The notes beneath the pieces are model-generated. The model saw only the letters and a list, made by a program, of their open reading frames with translations. It did not search any database and was not told the origin of the DNA. A stretch of 64,000 nucleotides of DNA from an uncultured Candidatus Saccharibacteria bacterium. GTDB taxonomy: Bacteria > Patescibacteriota > Minisyncoccia > Phycocordibacterales > UBA1550. A program made the position numbers and the translations under genes. The DNA is taken from positions 17,725 through 81,724 of the forward strand of contig CAYWES010000001.1 of assembly GCA_964457625.1 (NCBI GenBank), given 5' to 3'. How positions within the stretch are numbered: the first letter of the stretch is position 1; each line of letters starts with the position of its first letter. This document shows, piece after piece, positions 37,003 to 45,925 of this stretch.

Positions 37003-38291
37003 AGAAAAAAATCATAAAAAAGATAAAGAAAGTTTCTCCTTCTTCAAAAAAGAAATCCCCAACGAAGAACGTTGCAAAAAAGACAGCAAAGAAAGTTCCC
37101 GCAAAGAAGGCTGTAAAAAAAGCTCTCCCTAAAAAGGTAGTGAAAAAGGCTTCCACAAAAAAGAAGGGATCATCTCAGATGATTATTACTAAAAAGCCTC
37201 CTGTGCGAAGCGCTAAGGCGACCCAAGAATTTGAAGAGAAAGTAATACGCCTCACCGCAAAAGGGCGCGGAAGAGGGTTTGTTACGTTCAATGAAATTCT
37301 TAAGGAATTTCCTGCTGTTGAAAATGATGTATATTTTCTGGATGAGCTGTACGAAAAACTCCACGATGGTGGTGTGGATGTTCTTGCGTCGGGGGGAATG
37401 CTTGATACAGAGCCTGAAGAACTTCTTCAAGACAAAAAGTACATGTACAAAGGAGGAGACTCTTCATATGACTCGGTGCAGATGTATCTCAAGGAAATCG
37501 GGCGTCACTCTCTCATTTCTGCTCAAGAAGAACGCGATCTCGCAAAACTTATTCAACAAGGCGACATGGAAGCAAAAAATCTCCTCGCGCGCGCAAACCT
37601 TCGTCTCGTGGTATCGATTGCAAAGAAATATGTGGGACGCAGCGCTGATCTCACCCTCCTTGACCTCATCCAGGAAGGGAACCTCGGTCTCTTTAAAGCC
37701 GTAGAGAAATTTGAATGGGAAAAAGGTTTCAAGTTTTCCACATATGCGACCTGGTGGATTCGCCAGGCGATTACACGCGCGCTTGCTGATCAATCGCGCA
37801 CCATTCGTATTCCTGTGCACATGGTAGAGACCATTTCAAAATACAAGCAGGTAGTGCGTCGCTTGAGCCAGGATCTCGGGCGTGAGCCACTCTTGGGCGA
37901 GATTGCAACCGAGATGGGACTTGATATTGAGAAGATATATACCATAAAGAATATTGACCAAGATACCGTATCTCTGGAAAAGCCGATTGGAGATGATGAT
38001 GAGAAGTCTACCCTCGGTGAATTTATCGCCGATGATAAAATTCTTTCTCCGGCTCAAGATTCCGCACAGCGAATCCTTTCGGACCAAGTGAAAGAAATTC
38101 TTGGTGACCTTTCGGAAAAGGAGCGCAAAATTCTCGAAATGCGCCATGGCCTCATTGATGGTGTTGTGCACACGCTTGAAGAAGTGGGCAAGGAGTTTGG
38201 TGTCACGCGTGAGCGTATCCGTCAGATTGAAGCAAAATCAATAGAAAAGATTCGTGCGCACGATAAGGTAGATAAGCTCCGAAACTACTAG
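36999..38291 (+). CDS. rpoD: RNA polymerase sigma-70 factor with a lysine-rich N-terminal tail
   Basis: ATG 36999 overlaps the dnaG stop (ATGA). Region 2 ([37 protein letters not shown]), region 4 ([22 protein letters not shown]). N-terminus [40 protein letters not shown]. Confidence 0.9.
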   Translation: MKKKIIKKIKKVSPSSKKKSPTKNVAKKTAKKVPAKKAVKKALPKKVVKKASTKKKGSSQMIITKKPPVRSAKATQEFEEKVIRLTAKGRGRGFVTFNEILKEFPAVENDVYFLDELYEKLHDGGVDVLASGGMLDTEPEELLQDKKYMYKGGDSSYDSVQMYLKEIGRHSLISAQEERDLAKLIQQGDMEAKNLLARANLRLVVSIAKKYVGRSADLTLLDLIQEGNLGLFKAVEKFEWEKGFKFSTYATWWIRQAITRALADQSRTIRIPVHMVETISKYKQVVRRLSQDLGREPLLGEIATEMGLDIEKIYTIKNIDQDTVSLEKPIGDDDEKSTLGEFIADDKILSPAQDSAQRILSDQVKEILGDLSEKERKILEMRHGLIDGVVHTLEEVGKEFGVTRERIRQIEAKSIEKIRAHDKVDKLRNY

Positions 38292-38307
38292 GGTCTCCTC
38301 ATAGAAT

Positions 38308-38345
38308 AAAAAAAAATCCCAAGAAATTCTTGGGATTTTTTTTAT
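38308..38345. terminator. bidirectional terminator after rpoD
   Basis: A9-ATCCCAAG-AAATT-CTTGGGAT-T9. Confidence 0.85.
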
Positions 38346-38364
38346 TCTGTATATGAACGTGTTC

Positions 38365-39084
38365 TTAGCGTAGTACTTTTTCTATTTGTGCTTTTACGGT
38401 GAGGTATGATTGCGCTCCTTCAATGATGTCGACAATTTTTCCATTCACGACAATCAAAGAGTGTGGGGTACCGCTTACTCCCGCATTATTGCCACTCATC
38501 ATATCCATCTCAACGAGGGTGCTCATCTCACCGCTCTCTAGACAGGTATTGAAGGCATCCTCGTCAATACCGAGCCCGGAAGCAAAGACAGGAAGGTCTA
38601 GGAGATTAAGACCATCATTTGAAGTGGTTACACGAAAGATAGTGTCAACGTACTGCCAAAATTGTGTATTTCCACCAAGGCGCGCAACACATTCTGTTGC
38701 CTCTGCTTCTTTGAAAGCTTTTACATGGAAGGGGAGAGGGAAGTGGCGATACACCCAAGCAACTTCTCCTTCTGCACCAAACTGAGCCATGATTTGGTTC
38801 ATTGTAGTGTGAAATACTTTACAATACGGACACTCAAGGTCTGAGTATTCTACGATAAATACCTTCGCCTGAGGGTTTCCTCGAATGTGATCCGCTTCTG
38901 TGATAGGCTCAAGCGTTATGTTTGAAGGTATCCCTGGGGCAGAGTTCCGTTCAGTATTTCCAAAAGAGGAGGGAGTAGTACCTCCTCCAAAGATTATTGC
39001 TGCGGCAATGATGAGCCCCGCAACAATAATTGCTCCCGGAATGGCGAATGTATTGCTGGCAGGGGATGTCTTTGTGTCTTCCAT
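38365..39084 (-). CDS. DsbA-family thioredoxin-fold protein, membrane-anchored
   Basis: CPYC active site; N-terminal TM. Start uncertain (39084 MEDTK.., or 39132). Confidence 0.75.
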   Translation of the reverse strand: MEDTKTSPASNTFAIPGAIIVAGLIIAAAIIFGGGTTPSSFGNTERNSAPGIPSNITLEPITEADHIRGNPQAKVFIVEYSDLECPYCKVFHTTMNQIMAQFGAEGEVAWVYRHFPLPFHVKAFKEAEATECVARLGGNTQFWQYVDTIFRVTTSNDGLNLLDLPVFASGLGIDEDAFNTCLESGEMSTLVEMDMMSGNNAGVSGTPHSLIVVNGKIVDIIEGAQSYLTVKAQIEKVLR

Positions 39085-39168
39085 GTGTTTGTATAAACTA
39101 TATGATGAATAATACCAGTAAGTATATATCATCTGGCACAAAATGTCCTAGTATGCTTATAATAGTAT

Positions 39169-39750
39169 ATGGATATTTCTCAAGCTCGATTTATAAAAGG
39201 GATTATTGGGACAGACCCTATCCTCAAAGACGGTAAACGACAGGTTGCCTTTGTGGGTCGATCCAATGCGGGAAAGTCGAGTGTTATCAACTCGCTTCTG
39301 GGGCGCAAGGACTTGGTAAAATCAAGCTCTCTCCCCGGAAAAACAAAAGAGATTAATTTTTTTCTCGTTAACGAATCTTCGTACTTCGTGGATCTCCCCG
39401 GGTATGGGTACGCACGTATGGGTGCTCGTGGTGCGGACAAGATTCGCAAGCTGATTCTCTGGTATCTGGGAAGCGGAGAGGCGCGTCCTCGTCTCGTCGT
39501 CGTGGTAGTGGATGCGGGAGTGCCACCAACTCCATACGATAAAGAGATGGTTGACCTTCTCCGTGCGGAACATCTCGACATGATCATTGTTGCAAACAAG
39601 ATGGATCGTTTGACGCAAGCCGAGCGTGCGCAAAGTATCAAAAATCTTGAAGAAGCATTTCTTGCTCCCGTATTTCCATATTCCGCGCGGACAAAGTTTG
39701 GGAAGGAGGAACTCTTTGAAGCTATCTCAGAGAGCGCGTTTTCCGCGTAA
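39169..39750 (+). CDS. engB: ribosome biogenesis GTP-binding protein YsxC/EngB
   Basis: GRSNAGKSSVINSL; DLPGYGYA. TATAAT sits only 6 nt upstream of the ATG, suggesting a leaderless start. Confidence 0.85.
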   Translation: MDISQARFIKGIIGTDPILKDGKRQVAFVGRSNAGKSSVINSLLGRKDLVKSSSLPGKTKEINFFLVNESSYFVDLPGYGYARMGARGADKIRKLILWYLGSGEARPRLVVVVVDAGVPPTPYDKEMVDLLRAEHLDMIIVANKMDRLTQAERAQSIKNLEEAFLAPVFPYSARTKFGKEELFEAISESAFSA

Positions 39751-39810
39751 GCGTCATAGGATAAACACACGCAATCTGTTTTTCCCAAGGAATTCCTTAC
39801 AAAAAGCCTA

Positions 39811-39821
39811 GGGGGGGGGGG
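39811..39821. repeat. homopolymeric G(11) tract in the intergenic region upstream of the DUF805 gene
   Basis: cctaGGGGGGGGGGGtaaaataaaaaag; about 40 nt upstream of the ATG at 39861. Confidence 0.9.
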
Positions 39822-39860
39822 TAAAATAAAAAAGTTATTACCCATTAACTTCAACCAAAT

Positions 39861-41000
39861 ATGTTTAATCCCGCAGGCAGAATATCGCGACAGCGTTATT
39901 GGGGGGTAGGTATCCCGCTCTCCATACTTTCAATCTGTTTGGCGATATTGTTAATAGTCGCGCTTCCTTTAATAGCTCTTACCAATTTTTTCTCTCCTCC
40001 TCTGGGAACGTTTATACTCATCGCGGGGTATGCACTCTCAATACCCATTGCGTATGTAAACATTGTCCTACATATCCGCCGTTTTCATGACAGAGATAAA
40101 AGTGGTTGGTGGGTGTTGGTTGGCTTTATTCCAATTATTGGTCCTCTCTGGCTTCTCGTTGAATGTGGATTTTTGCGGGGTACGGTAGGGGCAAACAGGT
40201 TTGGTGAAGATCCTGTCATCTCAGATAGAATGGACCCCGTTTTTAAATGGACACTCATTGGATTTGGAGCAATCATCGTAATCTTGATTGTGTGGAGATT
40301 ATTGTGGGCATATACCCAAGTAAAAAACGATCAAGCCCGATACACGAGCCAGGCAACAACTTCTCCTGAAGGAACCATAAACTTAAGTTTGGAACCTACT
40401 GTTTCGTGGGATGGACTTGACGACAGTAACACCATCACACCCCTCGCCCAACCGACAACAGCAGGCTCTTCCCCTGTAACAATAACCGATGTGTCCACAA
40501 ATGTTTCCCAGGTAAATTGTGATGATAATTGGCAATGTCTTATTTTGGCCGCTAGCCAATGCCGACCAGCGACTGGAACTATCAATTATAATAATCTTCC
40601 CACTCCCCCTTTTGGAGAAGTCTTACTGACTTCAGGAAGAACGAAATATGAGGTTAAAAAATCTGGTAATAGTTGTACATTGGTTTATTCCATGATAAGT
40701 GCATCCTTCGCTCTTTCAGCTGAAGGACGCTCAATGGCGGTCGCTCAAGGTCTTACTGATGCGGAAATTGACGACCAAGTGAAAGCTATGAATGACAGTA
40801 CCAACGATGCTATCGGACGACTAGTAACGTGCACGGCTAGCGGTAATGTTATCGCCTCATATCTCTCAGATACAAAGAATGGTATTCGTGGTGAGGTTAC
40901 TTGGATCATGGACTTTACTCCTGGTTCTGTTATGCAATCTAGAGTAACTACGTCTTCGGGAGAGGACTTTATATGCTCACACTCATCCCCATTAGAGTAG
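39861..41000 (+). CDS. DUF805-domain membrane protein with a ~250-aa C-terminal extracytoplasmic extension
   Basis: RISRQRYW...HIRRFHDRDKSGWW...GANRFGEDP is the DUF805 signature; a Thr/Ser-rich linker and C-terminal domain follow. Confidence 0.75.
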   Translation: MFNPAGRISRQRYWGVGIPLSILSICLAILLIVALPLIALTNFFSPPLGTFILIAGYALSIPIAYVNIVLHIRRFHDRDKSGWWVLVGFIPIIGPLWLLVECGFLRGTVGANRFGEDPVISDRMDPVFKWTLIGFGAIIVILIVWRLLWAYTQVKNDQARYTSQATTSPEGTINLSLEPTVSWDGLDDSNTITPLAQPTTAGSSPVTITDVSTNVSQVNCDDNWQCLILAASQCRPATGTINYNNLPTPPFGEVLLTSGRTKYEVKKSGNSCTLVYSMISASFALSAEGRSMAVAQGLTDAEIDDQVKAMNDSTNDAIGRLVTCTASGNVIASYLSDTKNGIRGEVTWIMDFTPGSVMQSRVTTSSGEDFICSHSSPLE

Positions 41001-41050
41001 ACCACATTTTCTTGTAGGCGCTTTGTTCTAAAGTATGCTACTATCCTGGT

Positions 41051-41983
41051 ATGGAGCGTAATCGTATAGTTTTTGCTATTTCTCTCATCGTACTCTTGGT
41101 TCTTGCCACAATCTCCGCAGTCTTTATTTGGAAAGGGGAGGAACGTGAACGTGATGACTTTCGTGTGGAGGTCGTGACAAGCTTTTATCCGCTCGCGTAT
41201 CTCGTGGAGGAAATCGGTGGACCACATGTGCGCGTGGTGAATCTCACCCCTCCCGGTGTGGAGTCCCATGATTTTGAGCCGACACTCAGAGACCTTGCAC
41301 GCATGGAGAAGGTAGATATTTTCTTCTATAATGGGGCAGGCTTGGAACCTTGGGTTCCAAAGTTTCTTTCGGGTGGTTTTGGATATCCTCATAGTATCGT
41401 AAATATGAGTGAAGGAATTGCCCAAGAAGGAACCCTCCTCATTCACGAAGGAAACACGATAGATCCTCATATATGGCTCGACCCCGCAATCTTTTTTCAA
41501 CAAGCCCTTCTTGTGCGTGAGGCGCTCATAAAAGCAGATCCTGAGAGGAAGCCTTATTATGACGAACGAACCAATATTCTTTTAGCAAAGCTCGAAATTC
41601 TTGATGGGGATTTTTTGCAAGGATTGCAAGAGTGTCTCCATAGAGATATTATTGTTTCCCACAAGGCGTTTGGATATATGGCGCGTGCGTACGGTCTCGT
41701 AGCGACATCCATCGCAGGGATTTCTCCTGATGAAGAGCCGTCCGCAAAAGCTCTTGCGGATCTTGTAGCGCTTGCGCGAGAGAAAAATATCAACCATATA
41801 TTTTTTGAATCATCAGAAAATGTACGCCTTTCAGAAACTATCGCGCGCGAAGTAGCTGGCGAAACGCTTGTGCTCCATACGTTGGAAAGTCTCACTCTTG
41901 AAGAGTCAAAGAAAGGAGAAAACTACATAACGATTATGTATAAGAATCTTGCAAATCTTCGCACCGCACTCCAATGTCATTAG
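41051..41983 (+). CDS. metal ABC transporter substrate-binding protein (ZnuA/TroA family)
   Basis: N-terminal anchor; family-typical VVTSFYPLAYLVEEIGG..., HDFEP, DPHIWLDP. Confidence 0.85.
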   Translation: MERNRIVFAISLIVLLVLATISAVFIWKGEERERDDFRVEVVTSFYPLAYLVEEIGGPHVRVVNLTPPGVESHDFEPTLRDLARMEKVDIFFYNGAGLEPWVPKFLSGGFGYPHSIVNMSEGIAQEGTLLIHEGNTIDPHIWLDPAIFFQQALLVREALIKADPERKPYYDERTNILLAKLEILDGDFLQGLQECLHRDIIVSHKAFGYMARAYGLVATSIAGISPDEEPSAKALADLVALAREKNINHIFFESSENVRLSETIAREVAGETLVLHTLESLTLEESKKGENYITIMYKNLANLRTALQCH

Positions 41984-42738
41984 AAAAACCCTTAATAGAG
42001 CTTGATGGCGTAGATTTCTCATATGGGGCAGGAGCCCCCGTGCTTCAGAATTTTTCTGTTTCTATTCGCAAGGGAGAATACTTAGGAATCATTGGACCCA
42101 ATGGAGGAGGTAAAACTACGCTCCTTAAAATAATTCTCGGACTCCTTCATCCTGATCAGGGTACCGTAAAGCTTTTTGGAAAAGATAGCCATGATTTCAA
42201 AGAGCGGCATCGTATTGGGTATGTACCCCAGCGTGCCACACAAGCCGACAAGGGGTTCCCGGCAACGGTATTTGAGGTGGTAAAGAGTGGTCGCACTGCT
42301 CGCTTGGGCTTTTTGCGCCCATTTGGGCAGGAGGACTTAGCTGTCGTCGAGCGTGTGATGGAGCTTGCGGGTATCGCACGATATCGTGATACGCTCGAAG
42401 GCGATTTATCGGGCGGGGAACGTCAGCGTGTGTTCATTGCTCGTGCGCTTGCGGGGGAACCCGAAGTGCTCATCCTCGACGAGCCGACTGTGGGTGTGGA
42501 TATTGGTGTACAAAAAACGTTTTATGATTTTTTGACAACACTCAATCGCGATCACCATATTACGATTATTTTTGTCTCACACGATGTTGATGCGATTTCT
42601 CGTGAAGCAATGACGCTTCTCTGTGTCAACCACAACCTCGTATGCTACGGACCATCAAACGAGCTCTTGAACGACCATGCTATTTTGGAGAGCCTCTATG
42701 GCGAACACAATATGAAGCGCCTTCACGAACATGCTTGA
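41974..42738 (+). CDS. metal ABC transporter ATP-binding protein
   Basis: Walker A GPNGGGKTT; LSGGERQR; Walker B ILDEPT. Confidence 0.9.
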   Translation: MSLEKPLIELDGVDFSYGAGAPVLQNFSVSIRKGEYLGIIGPNGGGKTTLLKIILGLLHPDQGTVKLFGKDSHDFKERHRIGYVPQRATQADKGFPATVFEVVKSGRTARLGFLRPFGQEDLAVVERVMELAGIARYRDTLEGDLSGGERQRVFIARALAGEPEVLILDEPTVGVDIGVQKTFYDFLTTLNRDHHITIIFVSHDVDAISREAMTLLCVNHNLVCYGPSNELLNDHAILESLYGEHNMKRLHEHA

Positions 42739-43558
42739 GATTTTTCAATACGACTTTATCATTCGTGCGTTTAGTGCAGGTATTGCGATTGGTATTATCG
42801 CGCCTCTTATCGGCATGTTTCTCGTGGTGCGTCGGTACTCTCTCATGGCGGACACACTGGCACACGTGTCACTTGCAGGCGTTGCCCTCGGACTTCTTCT
42901 TAAAATTAATCCTATCTTTACCGCGATAGGACTTTCTCTTTTGGCATCATGGGGGATAGAGCACTTGCGCCATTCTCGAAAAATATTTGGAGAATCAGTG
43001 CTCGCACTATTCCTTTCAGGTTCTCTTGCTTTTGCCGTAATCATTCTTTCTTTGGCGAATGGGTTTAATACCAACCTTTTTAGCTATCTCTTTGGAAGTA
43101 TTTCTACCGTCACTCCTCTAGATTTATGGGTTACCCTTGCACTTGCGGTTGTTGTGTTTTTAACAGTCATTCTTTTTTATAAAGAGCTGTTTTCGGTGTC
43201 ATTTGATGCAGATCTTGCGCGTGCACAAGGTCTCCCCGTGAAGCGTCTCAACCTCATTATTGTCATGCTTGCCGCGATTGCTGTTGCGCTCTCTATTCGT
43301 ATTGTGGGCGCGCTCTTGATTGGGGCGCTCATGGTGATTCCTGTTGTCGCAGCACTTCAATATGGGCGAGGATTCCGCACGACACTTCTCTTGTCCGTAT
43401 TTTTCTCGCTTATTTCGGTTCTCTCAGGGCTTTTCATCTCATATTACCTTGGTCTCGCATCTGGAGGTACTATCGTATTGGTTGCGCTCGGTATATTTTT
43501 GGCGAGTTTGTGCCTCTCCGGTTCACGGACTTTAAAGGGGCTCTCTTTTGGCAAATAG
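42731..43558 (+). CDS. metal ABC transporter permease (ABC-3 family)
   Basis: Polytopic; typical ZnuB-like helices; overlaps the upstream gene stop. Confidence 0.85.
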   Translation: MLEIFQYDFIIRAFSAGIAIGIIAPLIGMFLVVRRYSLMADTLAHVSLAGVALGLLLKINPIFTAIGLSLLASWGIEHLRHSRKIFGESVLALFLSGSLAFAVIILSLANGFNTNLFSYLFGSISTVTPLDLWVTLALAVVVFLTVILFYKELFSVSFDADLARAQGLPVKRLNLIIVMLAAIAVALSIRIVGALLIGALMVIPVVAALQYGRGFRTTLLLSVFFSLISVLSGLFISYYLGLASGGTIVLVALGIFLASLCLSGSRTLKGLSFGK

Positions 43559-43584
43559 TCTATTTTCTGTTACACTCCCTCAGT

Positions 43585-43809
43585 ATGTTTAAAGAATATT
43601 TGCTCAAACAAATGATTAAGCGCCAAATGAAGGGCGTCCCTGAAGCGGAAGTTGATCGCATTATTAGCATCGTTTCCAAGAACCCTGATTTTTTCAAAAA
43701 AATTGGTGACGAAATAGAAAAAAAAGTAAAGTCAGGACGATCTCAACAGGCAGCTACTCTGGAGGTAATGCGCGCGCATCAGGCTGAGATTCAGAATCTC
43801 CTTAAATAA
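43585..43809 (+). CDS. small hypothetical protein (75 aa)
   Basis: ATG 43585 (MFKEYLLKQMIKRQMKG..); the upstream ORF-track extension overlaps the permease. Confidence 0.4.
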   Translation: MFKEYLLKQMIKRQMKGVPEAEVDRIISIVSKNPDFFKKIGDEIEKKVKSGRSQQAATLEVMRAHQAEIQNLLK

Positions 43810-43810
43810 C

Positions 43811-44908
43811 ATGTCGCTTGCTATTGGTATTGTAGGGCTTCCCAATGTGGGAAAATCAACACTCTTCAACGCACTTACCAAAAAGTGTGTTGCCGCAGAG
43901 AACTATCCTTTTTGCACCATTGATCCTTCTGTGGGGGTTGTCGCGGTACCTGATGAGCGTCTCCAAAAGCTCGCGGAGTTTTCAGAAACTGCGCGTATCA
44001 TTCCTCCGGCTGTTGAATTTGTGGATATCGCAGGGCTCGTAAAAGGTGCGAGCGAAGGGGAAGGATTGGGGAATAAATTTCTCGCTCACATCCGTGAAGT
44101 GGATGCTATTGCAGAAGTGGTACGTATCTTTGAAGATGACAAGGTGATTCATGTGCATGGTGCCATTGATCCTGTTTCTGATATTGAGACGATTAATCTT
44201 GAGCTCATCATTGCCGACCAGCAGACGGTTGAGAAGCGTCTCGCAAATATCGAGCGTGATGTGAAGCGGGGGGACAAGGATGCACTCAAAGAAAAAGACG
44301 TAATTCAAAAAGTTTCGGGTACGCTTGCTTTGGGTAAGCTTGCGCGTTCAATGGAGCTCTCTCAGGACGAAATCCCCCTTGTAAAAGCACTCCACCTCCT
44401 CACTATGAAGCCCATCCTCTATGTGCTCAACAAGAAGTCCGGAGGCAAGAATCTTGATGAGATGAATGATGAACGGTATACAAGCCTCCTCGCATATATC
44501 AAAGAACAAGGCGCGCATTACGTGATTGTCGACGCCGGTGTTGAGCACGAACTTTCTCAGTTGGAAGGAGAAGACAAAGAAATGTTTCGCACAGAGCTTG
44601 GAGCATCGGATGATGGGGTCAACGATCTCATTCGTGCAAGCTATGCAATGTTAGGACTCATGACATATTTCACAACAGGGAAAGAAGAGACGCGCGGGTG
44701 GACGATAAAAGAGGGAAGTACGGCACCTATTGCAGGCACGGCCATTCATACGGATTTTAAAGATAAGTTCATTCGCGCGGAAGTTATTTTTTGGAGTGAT
44801 CTTCTTGGTGCGGGATCATATGCGAAGGCACGCGAGCAAGGTCTCGTACGCACTGAAGGGAAGGAGTATATTGTCAAAGATGGCGATGTGATTGAGTTTA
44901 AGATTTAG
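43811..44908 (+). CDS. ychF: redox-regulated ATPase YchF (Obg-like)
   Basis: [18 protein letters not shown]; TGS-like C-terminus. Confidence 0.9.
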   Translation: MSLAIGIVGLPNVGKSTLFNALTKKCVAAENYPFCTIDPSVGVVAVPDERLQKLAEFSETARIIPPAVEFVDIAGLVKGASEGEGLGNKFLAHIREVDAIAEVVRIFEDDKVIHVHGAIDPVSDIETINLELIIADQQTVEKRLANIERDVKRGDKDALKEKDVIQKVSGTLALGKLARSMELSQDEIPLVKALHLLTMKPILYVLNKKSGGKNLDEMNDERYTSLLAYIKEQGAHYVIVDAGVEHELSQLEGEDKEMFRTELGASDDGVNDLIRASYAMLGLMTYFTTGKEETRGWTIKEGSTAPIAGTAIHTDFKDKFIRAEVIFWSDLLGAGSYAKAREQGLVRTEGKEYIVKDGDVIEFKI

Positions 44909-44925
44909 TGTATACTATATACATC

Positions 44926-45852
44926 ATGAATAAACGCATCGTACACACAACAGCAAAAGATTTTTTTATAAACTTGGGAATGGTCGGACTTCTTTACTTT
45001 CTCGTGGTGAATGTCCTCGTGCTTCTCTTTCGCACCATCGACAAAGTATTTTCCAGCGGTCAATTTTCATATTACAATCCTGATATAAGTTTTCCTCTCG
45101 CTGCACTTATCGTAGGATTTCCTCTGCTCCTTATCACCGGATACATCCTCCACGCTGGTGATGCACACCATCCCGGAAAAAAAGATCTCCCTGTGCGTAA
45201 ATGGCTCTCATACACCACACTCTTCATAGCAGGTGCTGTCCTCGTTATAGATCTCGTTATCCTCTTGAGTAAGTTCCTTCGTGGCGATGACCTCACAACA
45301 GCCTTTCTTTTGAAAGTCCTCGCGGTGTTTGCGGTCGCCCTCCTTGTATTTAGTTACTATATTATTGATCTTCGTTACAAAGGAAAACTTCCTCTTCGCG
45401 CGGGAGCAGCGTTTGATGCCACCCTTTTTGTCGTATTTGCAATTGGATTTGGTTTTTGGGGTTTTGGTTCTCCTGCGACACAACGAGCAGAGCGCTTTGA
45501 TACCGTACGTATCAATGATATGCAAAACATCCAATCCCATCTCTTGAGTTATTGGCAAGCAAAAGAAACTCTTCCGGAAACACTTGAGGAAGCAAGCGAT
45601 GCACTCAGGGGCATCAGCATCCCCAAGGATCCTCGCACGGGAGTTGCATATGGGTACGAAAAACGAGGAAATACAGAGTTTACTCTTTGCGCAGACTTTG
45701 AGCGAGCGACAAGAAGTTCATCGCAACAGACTCGTTTGGGAATCTACAACTCGGGATTGGAGTTTTGGGATCACGAAGCAGGGGAGACATGCTTCGACCG
45801 AAGCATTGACCCGGACCGATACCCTCCTTACCCTAAAGGACTTATACAGTAG
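44926..45852 (+). CDS. polytopic membrane protein, unknown
   Basis: The ORF-track start is GTG; ATG at 44926 preceded by TATACT; about 6 TM. Confidence 0.55.
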   Translation: MNKRIVHTTAKDFFINLGMVGLLYFLVVNVLVLLFRTIDKVFSSGQFSYYNPDISFPLAALIVGFPLLLITGYILHAGDAHHPGKKDLPVRKWLSYTTLFIAGAVLVIDLVILLSKFLRGDDLTTAFLLKVLAVFAVALLVFSYYIIDLRYKGKLPLRAGAAFDATLFVVFAIGFGFWGFGSPATQRAERFDTVRINDMQNIQSHLLSYWQAKETLPETLEEASDALRGISIPKDPRTGVAYGYEKRGNTEFTLCADFERATRSSSQQTRLGIYNSGLEFWDHEAGETCFDRSIDPDRYPPYPKGLIQ

Positions 45853-45859
45853 CCCACCT

Positions 45860-45900
45860 AACGCAAAACCGCCTCCTTGTTCAGGGGGCGGTTTTGCGTT
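45860..45900 (+). terminator. terminator upstream of leuS
   Basis: AACGCAAAACCGCCTCC-TTGTTCA-GGGGGCGGTTTTGCGTT. Confidence 0.8.
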
Positions 45901-45925
45901 AGGATGAGGTAATATTTACGACATC

